A DNA stretch of 64,000 bases from Octopus vulgaris. Lineage: Eukaryota. Shown in pieces: positions 40,333 to 52,800 of this stretch. The notes under the pieces were generated by a model. That model did not search any database and was not told the origin of the DNA. It saw nothing but the letters and a program-made list of their open reading frames with translations. The stretch is from NCBI GenBank assembly GCA_951406725.2, contig OX597823.1, positions 45,818,001 to 45,882,000 on the forward strand, read 5' to 3'. Position numbers and translations under genes: made by a program. Position 1 is the stretch's first letter; every line of letters starts with the position of its first letter.

Positions 40333-40896
40333 CAATTTGAACCTGTGGTCAGCATACGTAAAAAATGTCCGAGGACTGAATTATATTTAAATACATATAA
40401 GAGAGACCACCAAGTGGATCCCTTGTATGCTAAAAAATACACGTCAAACCGTGCTTCCACGAAAAATGCGTTCCCCAATTAGCAAGATGCTAGATGTTTA
40501 ACGAACGAGACAAATGAAAATAAATAAAAATAGCACTAAATTCTATACCTTAAGGTTTCGCGATAACCAATTTAATTTTTGTCTGTGGCTCCTCTGCGAA
40601 ATCGCTGCTGACACATAGTATTATGCATCGTAACTTCGATTCAAATGTCCTTGTACTAGCACGCCAAGCCAGAAAATAACTGCGGTGAATAAAATTCAGA
40701 AGTGAATTGACTGGCTAGATAACACGGATATTTAAAATTAAATAATAAGAGTAGAAATTAATATTATTAAAAAGCACCAATTTGAACCACAAAGGACTGC
40801 GAATTATATTTAAACGTAAATGAGAGACACGACTTAGTGGATCCCTTGCATGCTAAAAATAGACATCACACTGTCCTACCATGAAAAATGTGTTCG
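40333..40896. repeat. Diverged direct duplication (~40333-40473 and ~40778-40896)
   Basis: Shared CAATTTGAACC, GAATTATATTTAAA, AGTGGATCCCTTGYATGCTAAAAA, GAAAAATGYGTTC. Confidence 0.75.
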
Positions 40897-40933
40897 CGAC
40901 GCTCTAACCACCGAGCCATGCGCCTTCACATGA

Positions 40934-41016
<83 letters not shown>

Positions 41017-41857
41017 GACATACACACATATATGTATGTACTGATATCATTCTGTATATCTTGCTTCACGTGGATATACAGTAGGAAGCCACAACATGGC
41101 GGAATTAGTTTCGGGAGAGCATCTCGGAGAGATGCGTATTACTAAAATCCCATGTTAGAAAGTTGCAGGCGAAAAGGTCCACCTGTGGTGGTGAAGTTAC
41201 TAAATCTAGATTTCTTCTTTGAGCGTCATCAGTATCAAATATCTACTAACAGCCGCATGCTTAAACAAATTTAGTCTCTATGATATAGAAAAACAACGAT
41301 TAACAAACTAGAAGTACACGAAAAGCCGGCGGTTTGGGTAAAAGTTAGCGACAGAAATATTAGTTCAAAATAGATCGCTGTATACCTTACTTAACACAGA
41401 TATACTTGTCATTTATTACTGAAGCTTGCCCAAAGCCAATACTGCACTTTATTGAAGCTTTCCACATATAGACATTGAATTATGTCTACAGAAGTCTAAT
41501 GTTCAAATAATACTGCTTTCATCGCTAAAAACGAATTTCTTTTTAGCCTGCCAGCTAAATGCTACATTGTTGACCTTTCAATCACTGTTTACCTTTATCA
41601 GCTAGCAGTGGATGTTTGCTTGACATTAGATAACGTGGATATTTACTGCTGAAGAACTTAACAAGCAGCAAGCATGACCTAGCAATTCCAATGGTGTGTA
41701 ACCTTCGCGAGATACTGCTGTTTTTCTAGGTTTTTAACATTTTATGCCCATAGATAATGTTTTCTCAAGACGAATGCGCACACTTACGGCTTCCAACAGA
41801 TAAACACCTCAAATGTGTATACAGAACTTGTATCATATCATTATATATATGTGTGCT

Positions 41858-41903
<46 letters not shown>

Positions 41904-41920
41904 TAGATAGATATATATAT

Positions 41921-41974
<54 letters not shown>

Positions 41975-41988
41975 TAGATAGATGGATA

Positions 41989-43250
41989 CAGGGTTTGGAA
42001 AAAAATAATGGAAATGCTTTAAAATTTCAAACAAATTTATTTTAATATGGGGTAGGACCGCCTTTAGAAGTAATTACAACTTGAATTCTATGAGGTATGG
42101 ACTCGTACAAAGTTTGAATTGCTTCCAAAGGAATTTTTGTCCATTCTTCAGCTAAAACACTCTCCAGTTCTTGTAGTGATGATGGTGGAGGACATCGACT
42201 CCTTACTTGTTTTTGTAAAATGCCCCATAAATGTTCAATGATATTGAGATCTGGGGACTGTGGGGACCAGATAAGATGCTCAATTTCACTTGAATGTTCC
42301 TCATGCCATTCAGTAACAACTTTAGCTGTGTGAATTGTTGCATTATAATTCTGAATGATTGCGTTACCCCCCGGAAGCATTTCTGCAACTATAGGATGAT
42401 TTTGATCAGATAAAATGCTTAAATACTCTTGACTATTAGTTCTGCCATGAAGGGAAACTATTGAGCCGGCGGATTTCCAAACTATAGCCCCCACTCCAGA
42501 TCACCACAGATCCTGCTCTTTGTTTAACAGCTGGAAGAAGGTAGTGTGGGTCAAATGCCTCTTTTGGCCATCTCCACACATATACTCGGCCAGGGGTGAG
42601 AAATAAGGTAAAGAATGACTGGTCCGAGAAAATAACATTTTTCCACTGCTCTAGGGACCAATTCTGTAGGTTTTTACTACACTCTAAACGCTTTGCAACG
42701 TTTGTTTTTGAAAGTAGTGTTTTTTTTATTGCAGCTCTCCCGTGAAATCCGGCTTTGTGCAGCTCCCGGTGAGCAGTTTCTGTGGAAAGTGGGTTCTCAA
42801 GGCGGTCATTAAGCTCTGCAGTAATTTTGGGAGCTGTATTTTTGTGATCCTTTCTAACAATTCGCGTAGAGTCCGGCGGTTCCTATCTGAACGTTTTGGT
42901 TTTCTTCCGGACTTATGTTTTGACAAGGATGTTTTTTTCCCTCATTACATTCGAGACAGTCCTTCTTGATGCACCAAACATTTCAGCTGTTTTCTTTACG
43001 CTAACGCCTGCCATCAGAGCACCAACAATTTGACCTCTTTGAAAGTCCGATAGATCTGTAATTTTAATGAATTATAATTCACTTTTGGTGATGGTATCTG
43101 AAAAGAAACAGCAATTTTAGCAAACAATATTAAGCAACACTAATAATAAATCAAAAACATGAAAATAAACAAGATTTTGACGGTTTGATAGATATTTCGA
43201 AATTATAATGCTATGATGTTAGGTGTTTCCATTATTTTGTCCAACTCCTG
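41989..43250 (-). mobile_element. Near full-length Tc1-family transposon with TIRs and TA TSD; defective transposase (~43068-42042)
   Basis: TA|CAGGGTTTGGAAAAAAATAATGGAAA ... TTTCCATTATTTTGTCCAACTCCTG|TA; DLSDFQRGQIVG, SGRKPK, FSDQS, SPDLNIIEHLW, KGGPTPY. Confidence 0.93.
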
Positions 43251-43366
43251 TATATACGTACATGCACATATAAATTAACAATATATGTAGCAATATAATA
43301 TAACATTATAATATATAATACAAAATTTATATATTATATACTTATTTATGTGTGTGTGTATACACA

Positions 43367-43466
<100 letters not shown>

Positions 43467-43479
43467 CTCACATGTATAT

Positions 43480-43699
43480 ATGGGTACAGGACGTCACCAA
43501 CAGTAAAGAGCTTGAAATACGAAAAGAAATGAATTCAATACGCAAACAACGAGAGAAACAAATAGAAAACAGGACAAGTAACATAAAGAACGACCCCTCA
43601 TCAGTTGTTGGCTGTCTATCTCATCCTCATTTCGACCATTGAACGAGAATGTGAGTTGCTCCCATAAGCACCAAAATAAAGTTTGGGATTTATGGAGGG

Positions 43700-43702
<3 letters not shown>
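43480..43702. repeat. Microsatellite-embedded repeat related to 37025-37706 and 58270-58790
   Basis: Shared ACAGGACRTCA and CAACGAGAGA..CAGGACAA motifs. Confidence 0.5.
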
Positions 43703-43736
<34 letters not shown>

Positions 43737-44855
43737 TATGCACATGCACACAGGCATATGTATGTAAAAGGAGAAGATAGATTGACAAATAGATAGATAG
43801 ATGAAGTGGAAATTGCGAATCAGGCGAACGACAAACTAATATACGGAAACTACAGAGAAACGCACACAAAATGGATGCAGACAAGAACATTCGCTCATCT
43901 GTTGATCAAATATCGTCACAGTTTTGTCACCTTCCAATAATATTGCTCAATTTGGCGGTGCAGCATCATAACTTCCTGGAGCGTGATGAATCGAATATGA
44001 CAAACAAAGAAGCATAGAAAAAATGCGGCAATAACGAATGAAATCTATAAACAAAATGGTAAATGATAGCAGCTATAATACATAAATACACAGGCACGCA
44101 TATATTTACCTATACATATGAAGAGACATGCATATGTGATTAAGACGTTTGTTACACAAACAACATATTTTAATAGTAAACAGCATGGACGCTCGTAAAA
44201 AATGTGTGTGTTTGTACCTGTGTGCGTGTGTGTATATGTATGCATGTATGCGTGAGCATGTTTCTTTATACTATTCCCTCCACCGGTTGACAACCGATGC
44301 TGGTTTATTTAAGTCTATAACTTAATAGCTCGACAAAAAGTGGGCCGATGTAACAAGGGCCCTACTTAAGTTAAATAGCGAGTTGATTGCCTAAAGCTTT
44401 CATAGCAGTGCCCCAGAGCGACAGCAGTCCCGTTGATTGAAACAAATATGCGAGTTTTTATGCGTGTGTTAATATCCACATGTATGCACATATATATATA
44501 CATGCATGTATAAATGTAGATGTGTATTTTTTGTGTGGCTGTATATGTGTTTGTGCTTGACGCGACATTGTCAGTCAAACCAAAGTCGCAGTCAGGTGAA
44601 ACGGGACAATTGATGGAATATAGCGTGATAAAATACATGCCTGACTGATGAAAAGTGCTGGGCTCGTTTTCATAAACCAAAATCCTACTGGATCTTGTTC
44701 CCCTGTATAACTGCAGTCAATGACTAACAGCATTAAAAGAATACAACACAGATATCAGGAAAATGGCACAAATAGGTCGATACAAACATAGATGTACACC
44801 TATCTATTTATCTATCTGTCTGCCCATCTATCTATCTCTGTCTTTCTCTCTCTCT

Positions 44856-44929
<74 letters not shown>

Positions 44930-45111
44930 CGTGCGTGTCTATGTAAGTGTATGTGCATACATGTACGTCTTTCTATCTCTCTCTCTCTCTGTCTATATAT
45001 ATACATATATATGCATATACATATATATACATATATATATATACACATATATATACATATATATATAATATATATATATATATAGGTTTGTATATATGTA
45101 TATATATATAC

Positions 45112-45150
<39 letters not shown>

Positions 45151-47139
45151 CTTGTATATAATCTATGTGTGTATGTATATATGAAGAAACAACCAAATCA
45201 TGGATTAGTTCTAGAGATGAAAATTTAGTAGAGAGGAGACACAATGTCGGCAAATATAAACCGTAGATGCAATAGTCTATTATTTACTTACTACGTGGTA
45301 GACAAGTAAATGTCATTAACCTCTCATTCTCACTCACACACTCTCTGCCATTCTATATATTCTGCTACTGAGCAGCGACCCTCTTTATTTCTTCCCATAC
45401 ATTTAATAAACTTGTCTGATTGCCACAAATTGTATTTAGGTAATATTTCAGTGAAATACTCAACCCATTTGCACTCTCACATGACTATTACTGGAAGAGC
45501 TGTCGTCTGCTTCAAAAACACTTGCAAGTATTATGATTCTTTGCATAAAACTAAAGATGAACCAAATAAACAAAACGAACTAAAATTTAATTTCCATTCA
45601 AGATGTCTGTAAGAATTACCAATTTATTGCCAATCTTCTTCAGAGGCAACGTAAGACAAGTAAAATTGGAGTCGAGCAAATAAGAGGAAATTCCGATGTA
45701 TAAATGTCATCTCGAAAGAAAGAACAGCAATTAATATTGGCATGTAACTAATTTGAATTACATTTCGTTGACAGAACCCAGTCAATAAACTGTAAAAAGA
45801 AATAAATCACATTTGCCTTTGGAACTAAATATCCAGTTCGTTATATAACAGGTATTTTCTACATCTCAAGAAGAAATTGTTAAAGTGCATACGGTTTTAA
45901 TTTCGGCGGAAATATTCAATAGAGAGGCTAGCTTTAATAAAGATATATCTTTATACTAAATTATTACGAGCATACAAAACGAGTCAAAACAATAATGTGT
46001 ATGTTCATTCTAAGCACATTCTAGTAGACTTGGACTGAACGAGGCATTTCGCTGATGATTTTCGCCTCCCGAAAATAACGTTTTCCTTTATACTAAACGT
46101 ATAAACGACACGTTATCTCCAGTGGCTTCAGAGGTCTTTGAGACCGGTGAAAAAGTCTCGTTCACGTCGAAAAGCTTTCGAGGGGAAAGGCTTTGTCAAA
46201 GGGTCACCGGTGATTTAAACTAGCACTGCTTTTTCCCTCATTCGTAGCTAACCTCATTCTGAAACCATTTCCATATCCACGAGCGGAGGATCCACCCGGA
46301 AGATATATTCATCTTCTCCGGGAAGAAAGTACTAATCAAGTACGAATTTTCATAAAATAAACTGACTCCACCCTACTAATCACGAATTTCTGATCTAAGT
46401 TAAAAACAGTTATTACGGGTTGGTAAAATCGTTAGTGCTTCAGACAAAATGGCGGTTTGTACACATTAGCTTCAAATTTGTAGGTATCAAATGTACTGTA
46501 ACCTTTCAGATTTGGATAAAAAAAAAATGCCGGTCGAGCATTTGGGTTTAATAGAGACAGCAAATCATTGCTCCTAAATTTATGGCTTACCCACGAAAGA
46601 AATTTTTACCATCATTGGCTGGAACTAAAATTTATCGTAAAAAATTTTTTCATCGTCTGAACAAATTTCAAATATATTATTAGTATCTTTTTTATTTTGG
46701 CGAAAAATGATAAAATGAAGAGTAGCTAAAATTAATAGCATTACTTAATGTATTGGAGAATATTGAAGAAGTTTTTACCTGTACCTTTTCCTCATTGCAG
46801 TTGATCAAAACTAAATCTTTTAAACTTTAAATATATTGATAGTTGTCCTAAATTTATTCAAAATGCCTCGTTAAATCAGAGAAATAAACTGGAAACCAAC
46901 TGAATGTTTATCTTTTGAATATATTTTAGCCAATCTTAAGATACTCGAAGAAAACGATTAGACTTATTCAATGAGAAAACAATTCTGCTCGATCGAACAA
47001 GATTATCAAATTAGTATTGCTGAAATTTCGAATTCTTTTGACCCCGGTGATTTTATCAAGATTAATATTCGGAAATTTATTGAAAAATTCCAGAATATTC
47101 GCTAATGTTTTTCATTAAATACAGAGATATGAATGAATA

Positions 47140-47490
<351 letters not shown>

Positions 47491-47509
47491 ACACCCTTTG
47501 TAATTATGT

Positions 47510-48780
47510 TTTCTAACATAGACTGAGGACAGAAATTTAGTAGGACGGTAACAGTCGATGTTTTATCGATCCCAAGAAGATAAAGGGGCAAACTTGACCT
47601 CACCTGCATTTGAACTCAAAACGTAAACGTTAAAGAACCGGAAAAGCAAAAGAACCAATTTGCTAACTCACCACCCCTAACAAGAAGAAGAACAACTATT
47701 ACTATAGCTACAATAATAATAATCATTTCTACTATAAACGCTAGTCCTGAAATTTTGAAGAATGAGGATAGTGATTAAATCGACCCTAGTATCCAACTGG
47801 TACTTATTTTATCGACTCCGAGAGGGTGAAAGTGAAAGTCAACCTCGGCGGAATTTGAACTCAGAACGTAAAGACGGATGTAATACCGCTAAGAATTTTG
47901 CCAGCTTGCTAACGATTCTGCCAGTTTTCGCCTTACAAAAATGATAATAATGATTTCTAATTTTGGCACAAGGCCAGCCATTTCAGGGAAAGAGTTAACA
48001 CGGTTACATCGACCCCAGTACTCAGCTGATATTTTATCTACAACGAAAAGATGAAAGGCAATGTCAACTTCGGCAGAATTTGAACTCAGAATGTAAAGAT
48101 GGATGTGATTGAGCCAAGAATTTTGCCGGTGTGCTAACGATTCCACTAGCTTTCCACATTACAACAACAACAATAATAATAATCCTTTCTAGTATGGGTA
48201 CAAGGCCTGAAATTTTGGGGAAGGGATTAAGCCGACTACATCGATCCCAGTGCGTAACTGGTACTTGTTTAATCGACCCCGAAAGAATGAAAGGCGAAGT
48301 CGATTCCGGCGGAATTTGAGCTCAGAACGTAGCGACAGACGAAATACCGCTAGCCATTTTTAAAATTTCTTTATTGCCCACAAGGGGTTACACATAGAGG
48401 GGACAAACAAAGACAGACAAACGGATTAAGTCGATTATATCGACCCTAGTGCGTAACCGGTACTTATTTAATCGACCCCCGAAAGGATGAAAGGCAAATT
48501 TGACCTCGGCGGAATTTGAACTCAGAACGTAACGGCAGACGAAATACCTATTTCTTTATTACCCACAAGGGGCTAAACACAGAGGGGACAAACAAGGACA
48601 GACATAGGTATTAAGTCGATTACATCGAACCCAGTGCGTAACTGGTACCTAATTTATCGACCCCGAAAGGATGAAAGGCAAAGTCGACCTCGGCGGAATT
48701 TGAACTCACAACGTAACGCAGACGAAATACCGCTTACCATTTCGCCCGACGTACTAACGATTCTGCCAACTCAGCGCTTT
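47510..48780 (-). mobile_element. Head-to-tail cluster of six SINE family A copies; last two have a Tx1-LINE-like tail
   Basis: TTTGA(A/G)CTCA B-box block recurs at ~47610, 47855, 48080, 48316, 48516 and 48700. Confidence 0.9.
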
Positions 48781-48801
48781 TACAACAATATCAATAATAG
48801 A

Positions 48802-48881
48802 GATGGTGGTGGTGGTGGTGGTGGCGGTGGTGGTGGTGGTGGTGGTGGTGGTGATGGTGATGATGATGATGATGATGATGA
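48802..48881. repeat. (GGT)n/(GAT)n microsatellite
   Basis: Directly visible. Confidence 0.95.
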
Positions 48882-48999
48882 TTTTTCTATTAAGCACTGA
48901 ATTTTTTCAAAAAAATCAAAGACGGTGCGGGACGATAAAAGCGTGTAAACAGAGAAATAACAGAAACAAAGTATCAATTCAAATAAGTAATTCCCCAAA

Positions 49000-51455
49000 A
49001 ATATGGGGGAGGTTTCCGATGACTGATCATGGAAACCCAAATACCATGGATGCCGTGATCACTAGGGCATGTGATGTCTCCCCATGTTTCTTCCACAAAT
49101 CTACAAGTGCACACTCAGAACAAGTTCATTCACTCGGATAATCCTCGCCCCTCTCATTCACCTTTCAACAAAGTTGCTGGGAGGCAGCAATTTATTCTCT
49201 ACTACCACTTTCCTTTTAAAGTAAAACTTTAAGTTGATGAGGGCTTGGCCAAATAGGAAGGTGCCAGTCTCCATTCCTTTCAGTCTTGTCTCCCGCCTAA
49301 TCTATTTTGCCAAAGTCACCAGGTAGATGGGAATTACTTGTTCTTCCCGGCCAAAGAAAGAAATTGGCGAGGCGATCTTCACAATGGACACAACTGTTAG
49401 ACGGATCCGGTCCAATCGCAACATAGACATAATAATTCTACATGGCAACAAAGCTTAGTACGGTGCTAGGACAATTTTGTCCCGGTTATTTCGTCGCTGG
49501 TTAATTTGTCCCCGGTCAATTCGTCGTTAATCTATTCATCCCTAGGCCAATTCGTCGCTAGCCATTTCGTCCCCAAATACTTTCAAATATGATTTTCGGG
49601 GGAAAATTTAGAATTATATTCTTTTTCCTTTCTTTAACCCCACCTCTCTCTCTCTCTTTTTTCTCTCCGTCTCTGTCTCTGTCTGTCTATCTCTTCTGCT
49701 TTCTCTTTCTTAGGTATCTGCGCTGAACAGTTGACGAACAAAGATTTGCAATCAAATCGAATTGAATTTATTCTGTACGCCTACCCATCAACATGATTAC
49801 CTGCAAGATCATAACTTCAGAGAAAGGGGAAAAAATCAAAGTGGTCGATCAAGAAAATTATATATACACAAAAATATTAGTAGAATGCAGATGGATTGAA
49901 GATATACTGGATATACGAAAATCATGTGTGCAAAGCAAGACTTCATACACATGAAAATTATAAAGAGCTTGGGATTCATAATTACGCTTCAACTGCTGCA
50001 GAGATAACTGCAAGGATAATAGTTTCAAATATTAAAGTAAAGTCTATTTCAATTCGTGATGCCCCTCGCTCAATTATCGCTAGTGAAGATCAGAATTTAA
50101 ACCACTGTACATTGTTGCAAATACCTCCGTTTGCACAGCTTCATATGAATATTAGACGCTGGAGGCAAGCTTATTTCAACTGTCCAGCCACCATACTTAC
50201 AAATGTTGGGTTTTACATTCCAAGTGAGTACTCCTACTATGACAATGATGTTTTTACAGTATGACAACGGGATGGAAGATTCAAAACGAATACTAATATT
50301 TGCAAATGAGGAAGCACTTCGACAGTTAAAACAGCACAAGAACTGGGCGGCAGATGGAACATTTAAGTGATGATCAAGTATATATATTTCACATTCAAAT
50401 TGATAATTTTAATGCTCCACGATTGTGCGCATTGCTCTCTGACAAAAGTAAAGACACGTATATAGACTTTTTCTAAAATAAATGAATTACTGGAAAATGA
50501 GGGACCTGACAATATAATCATGGATTTCGAAAAAGCAGTATATAATAGATTTCTGGAATTGTTTCCTGGGTCGAATTTGGCATGCTACTTGTTTTATTTA
50601 GGACAAAATGTGTACAAGCAAGTTGTACAAGTAGTACTAAAATTCAGATATCACGAAGATGACAGTTTTAGTCTAAAAAACATTGTTACCTTTGCCTTCC
50701 TGCCGGTTGATGATGTTATAGATGAATATGAACAACTTGTAGATGATGATGATTTTCCACAATCCGTTGTTTCCTATTTTGAAAATAATTATATAGGACC
50801 ACCTAGAGGAAGTGGACAGAGGAGACGACGCCTTGAACCTTTGTCCATTACCTATATGGAATGTTTTGTATCGATGTATGACGGGGATTGCTCATACTAC
50901 AAATAGTTTAGAAGCCTACCACAGTGCGCTGAAAAACAGTGAATATTAGTCATCAAAATATTTGGCAACTTATTGATATGATTAAATGTGAGGAAAGGTT
51001 TGCCAGTACCAAATTGCTGAAGTTTGTGCAAGAAGAACTAAGCCAAAAGAAAAAAAATACAGAGGTATGACACTGCGTATAGAAAATGTCATGGAAAAAT
51101 ATGATCCAAGCCAAAAAATAATTTTTACAAAAGCAGTTAAACACAATATTGAATTTTAAGAAAAAATAAAAATGTAAAATAGCAAACCTTAAAATAAATG
51201 TTTTTTTAAAAATTCAGATGTTAGTTCTTCCATTTTACCTATGATCTGGACGAATTGACCTGGGGACGAATTGACCAACGACGAATTGACTGGGGACAAA
51301 TTAAACGACGACAAATTGCCGTCGACGAATTGACTGGACACTGCTTAGTATTACTAGTGGATGTAGAACAGCTTCATTGCTCTTCGGGCATTTGAAGCAG
51401 GCCCAGCTGACTGCATCGGTGCCTAGGGAGTTTATTCTGAAACGGAAATGCCCGG
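49000..51455 (-). mobile_element. Degenerate Tx1/L1-like LINE 3' region, homologous to ~240-700, split by the Mutator insertion
   Basis: Minus-strand AFPFQNKLPRH...CFKCPKSNEAVLH (~51355-51450) and LDRIRLTVVSIVKIASP...CTCATCAACTT...AAAAGGAAAGTG (49130-49440) parallel the element at 1-1072. Confidence 0.75.
49462..51342 (+). mobile_element. Mutator (MULE) DNA transposon, defective, with repeat-built TIRs and 9-bp TSD
   Basis: TSD GCTTAGTAC (49453-61) / GCTTAGTAT (51343-51); terminal arrays of GTCAATTCGTC and GACGAATTGAC; FLYWCH-like YW..ENHVCKARLHT, WAADGTFK, MDFEKA..FPG...C.LFYLGQ, TTNSLEAYH. Confidence 0.9.
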
Positions 51456-52149
51456 TTCGGGATAAATACTTGACATGGAAGTGATGTTTGTATGCTGGTG
51501 TATGTGATCTGTTTATTTCATAATGCTTGTATCTACCGTCATGTAGTTAATAATTTTTTCTTCGTGTTTGGGTGGGTCTCCTGCTTGTTGAGGTGTATGA
51601 ATTGGGTTGTTTGTGCTTGTACACGTAGTATCTGTGATAATGGTGATGGTGGTAATGGGGATTATGGTATAATGGCATTTGATAGTACTGGTGTATCTGC
51701 TATTGGGGATAGCATTGTATAACGTATATCTCTTATTTCTTTGTATCTAGCAGTTTTTTGTTGTGTTTTTGTTGCTTTTCTTTTTCTTTGCATTAGTAAC
51801 TTTGTTCGACCCTATCACTTTCGCCACTTGTTAATTCTTTGTGGTGCGAGTCGGAGAGTCTCATGTCTTTTGCGTGTGTGTGAGTGTAGTTTTGCTGTTA
51901 TTCGTATATTTGTTGTTGTTTGAGGGGTTTTCTGTTACTGTTTCAGCTTTCTGTGAAGTGGCGGCTCTTGACGATGGCTTAACTTGCTCCCACTGGTGGT
52001 GGTGTTGTTACTGTTTTTACTGTAGGTGCTACCACCAGTCCTGTAGCAGATGCTGCAATCAATGGAACTGTGGTTGCACGCTGGCTTTTGTGTTACTGTA
52101 GTTGTTTATATTGTTGTCGTTGTTGTTGTTTTTGTTGTTGTTGATGATG

Positions 52150-52800
52150 ATGCTGTGGTGTTGGCAATAGTGGAAGCCTTCTCTTACCTGTAATTTTTTA
52201 TTGTTTGGATTGCGGTGATTACTGTTTCACACTGACAACATTGATACGTTCTAGCATCTGCTATCACCTGCGGCTGCTGTACTCCTTGCAATCCCTATTG
52301 GTCGAAGACCTTGTCAGTGTTTCTACCGAATCAGCATCTTGAACCTCATCCCAACCAATTTTCTTTTCGGGTTCTTTTTACTTCTAGAAGAGTAACAGGG
52401 TTTTCCAAGACCACAGAATTCACCACCCACCGGAGGTCTAGTTCTCATGATATATTTGAAAATTTCCACTTTCCGTTCCAGGTAAATCGGCATTACTGTA
52501 AAATCTTTGGTTCTTTATGGGATGGTAGAGTGGTCCTAGAATAGGGTCTACGAGTGGAAAAATAATCTGATGTACCCGAATTTAGGACCACGTTCCACAA
52601 AATTAATGCTTAGCCAAATGTTTTTTAACCAGAATTCAGGCTGGTCTGAAGCTATACGCTCTAATTTCTCTTCCGCTTTATTTTCTTTGAGAAGCATCTA
52701 TATAGCATTATTTTCTTTTCTGTTTAGCCTAAAAGATGTGGCATACTGGGTATAAGTTTTCTATGTTCTTGTCTGTTCATGAGTTTCCCTGTCTTTTGCA
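52150..52800 (-). mobile_element. Possible degenerate ORF1 of the same minus-strand LINE
   Basis: Coding-like fragments (INFVERGPKFG, FTVMPIYLERK, ELDLRWVV...RTRKENWLG) upstream of and co-oriented with the LINE relic. Confidence 0.3.

Noticed and set aside
46050-46082. CTGATGA...CGAAA
   Set aside because: The GAAA is itself part of the only available stem; no hammerhead topology
47510-48780. Regularly recurring repeats resembling a CRISPR array
   Set aside because: Units are ~200-bp SINE copies in eukaryotic DNA with no unique spacers or cas genes
48634-49141. Poly-G/D and poly-P/S ORFs
   Set aside because: SINE sequence plus (GGT)n/(GAT)n repeat
49462-49575. Short spaced repeats GTCAATTCGTC
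   Set aside because: Mirrored in inverted form at ~51248-51342; Mutator TIR substructure
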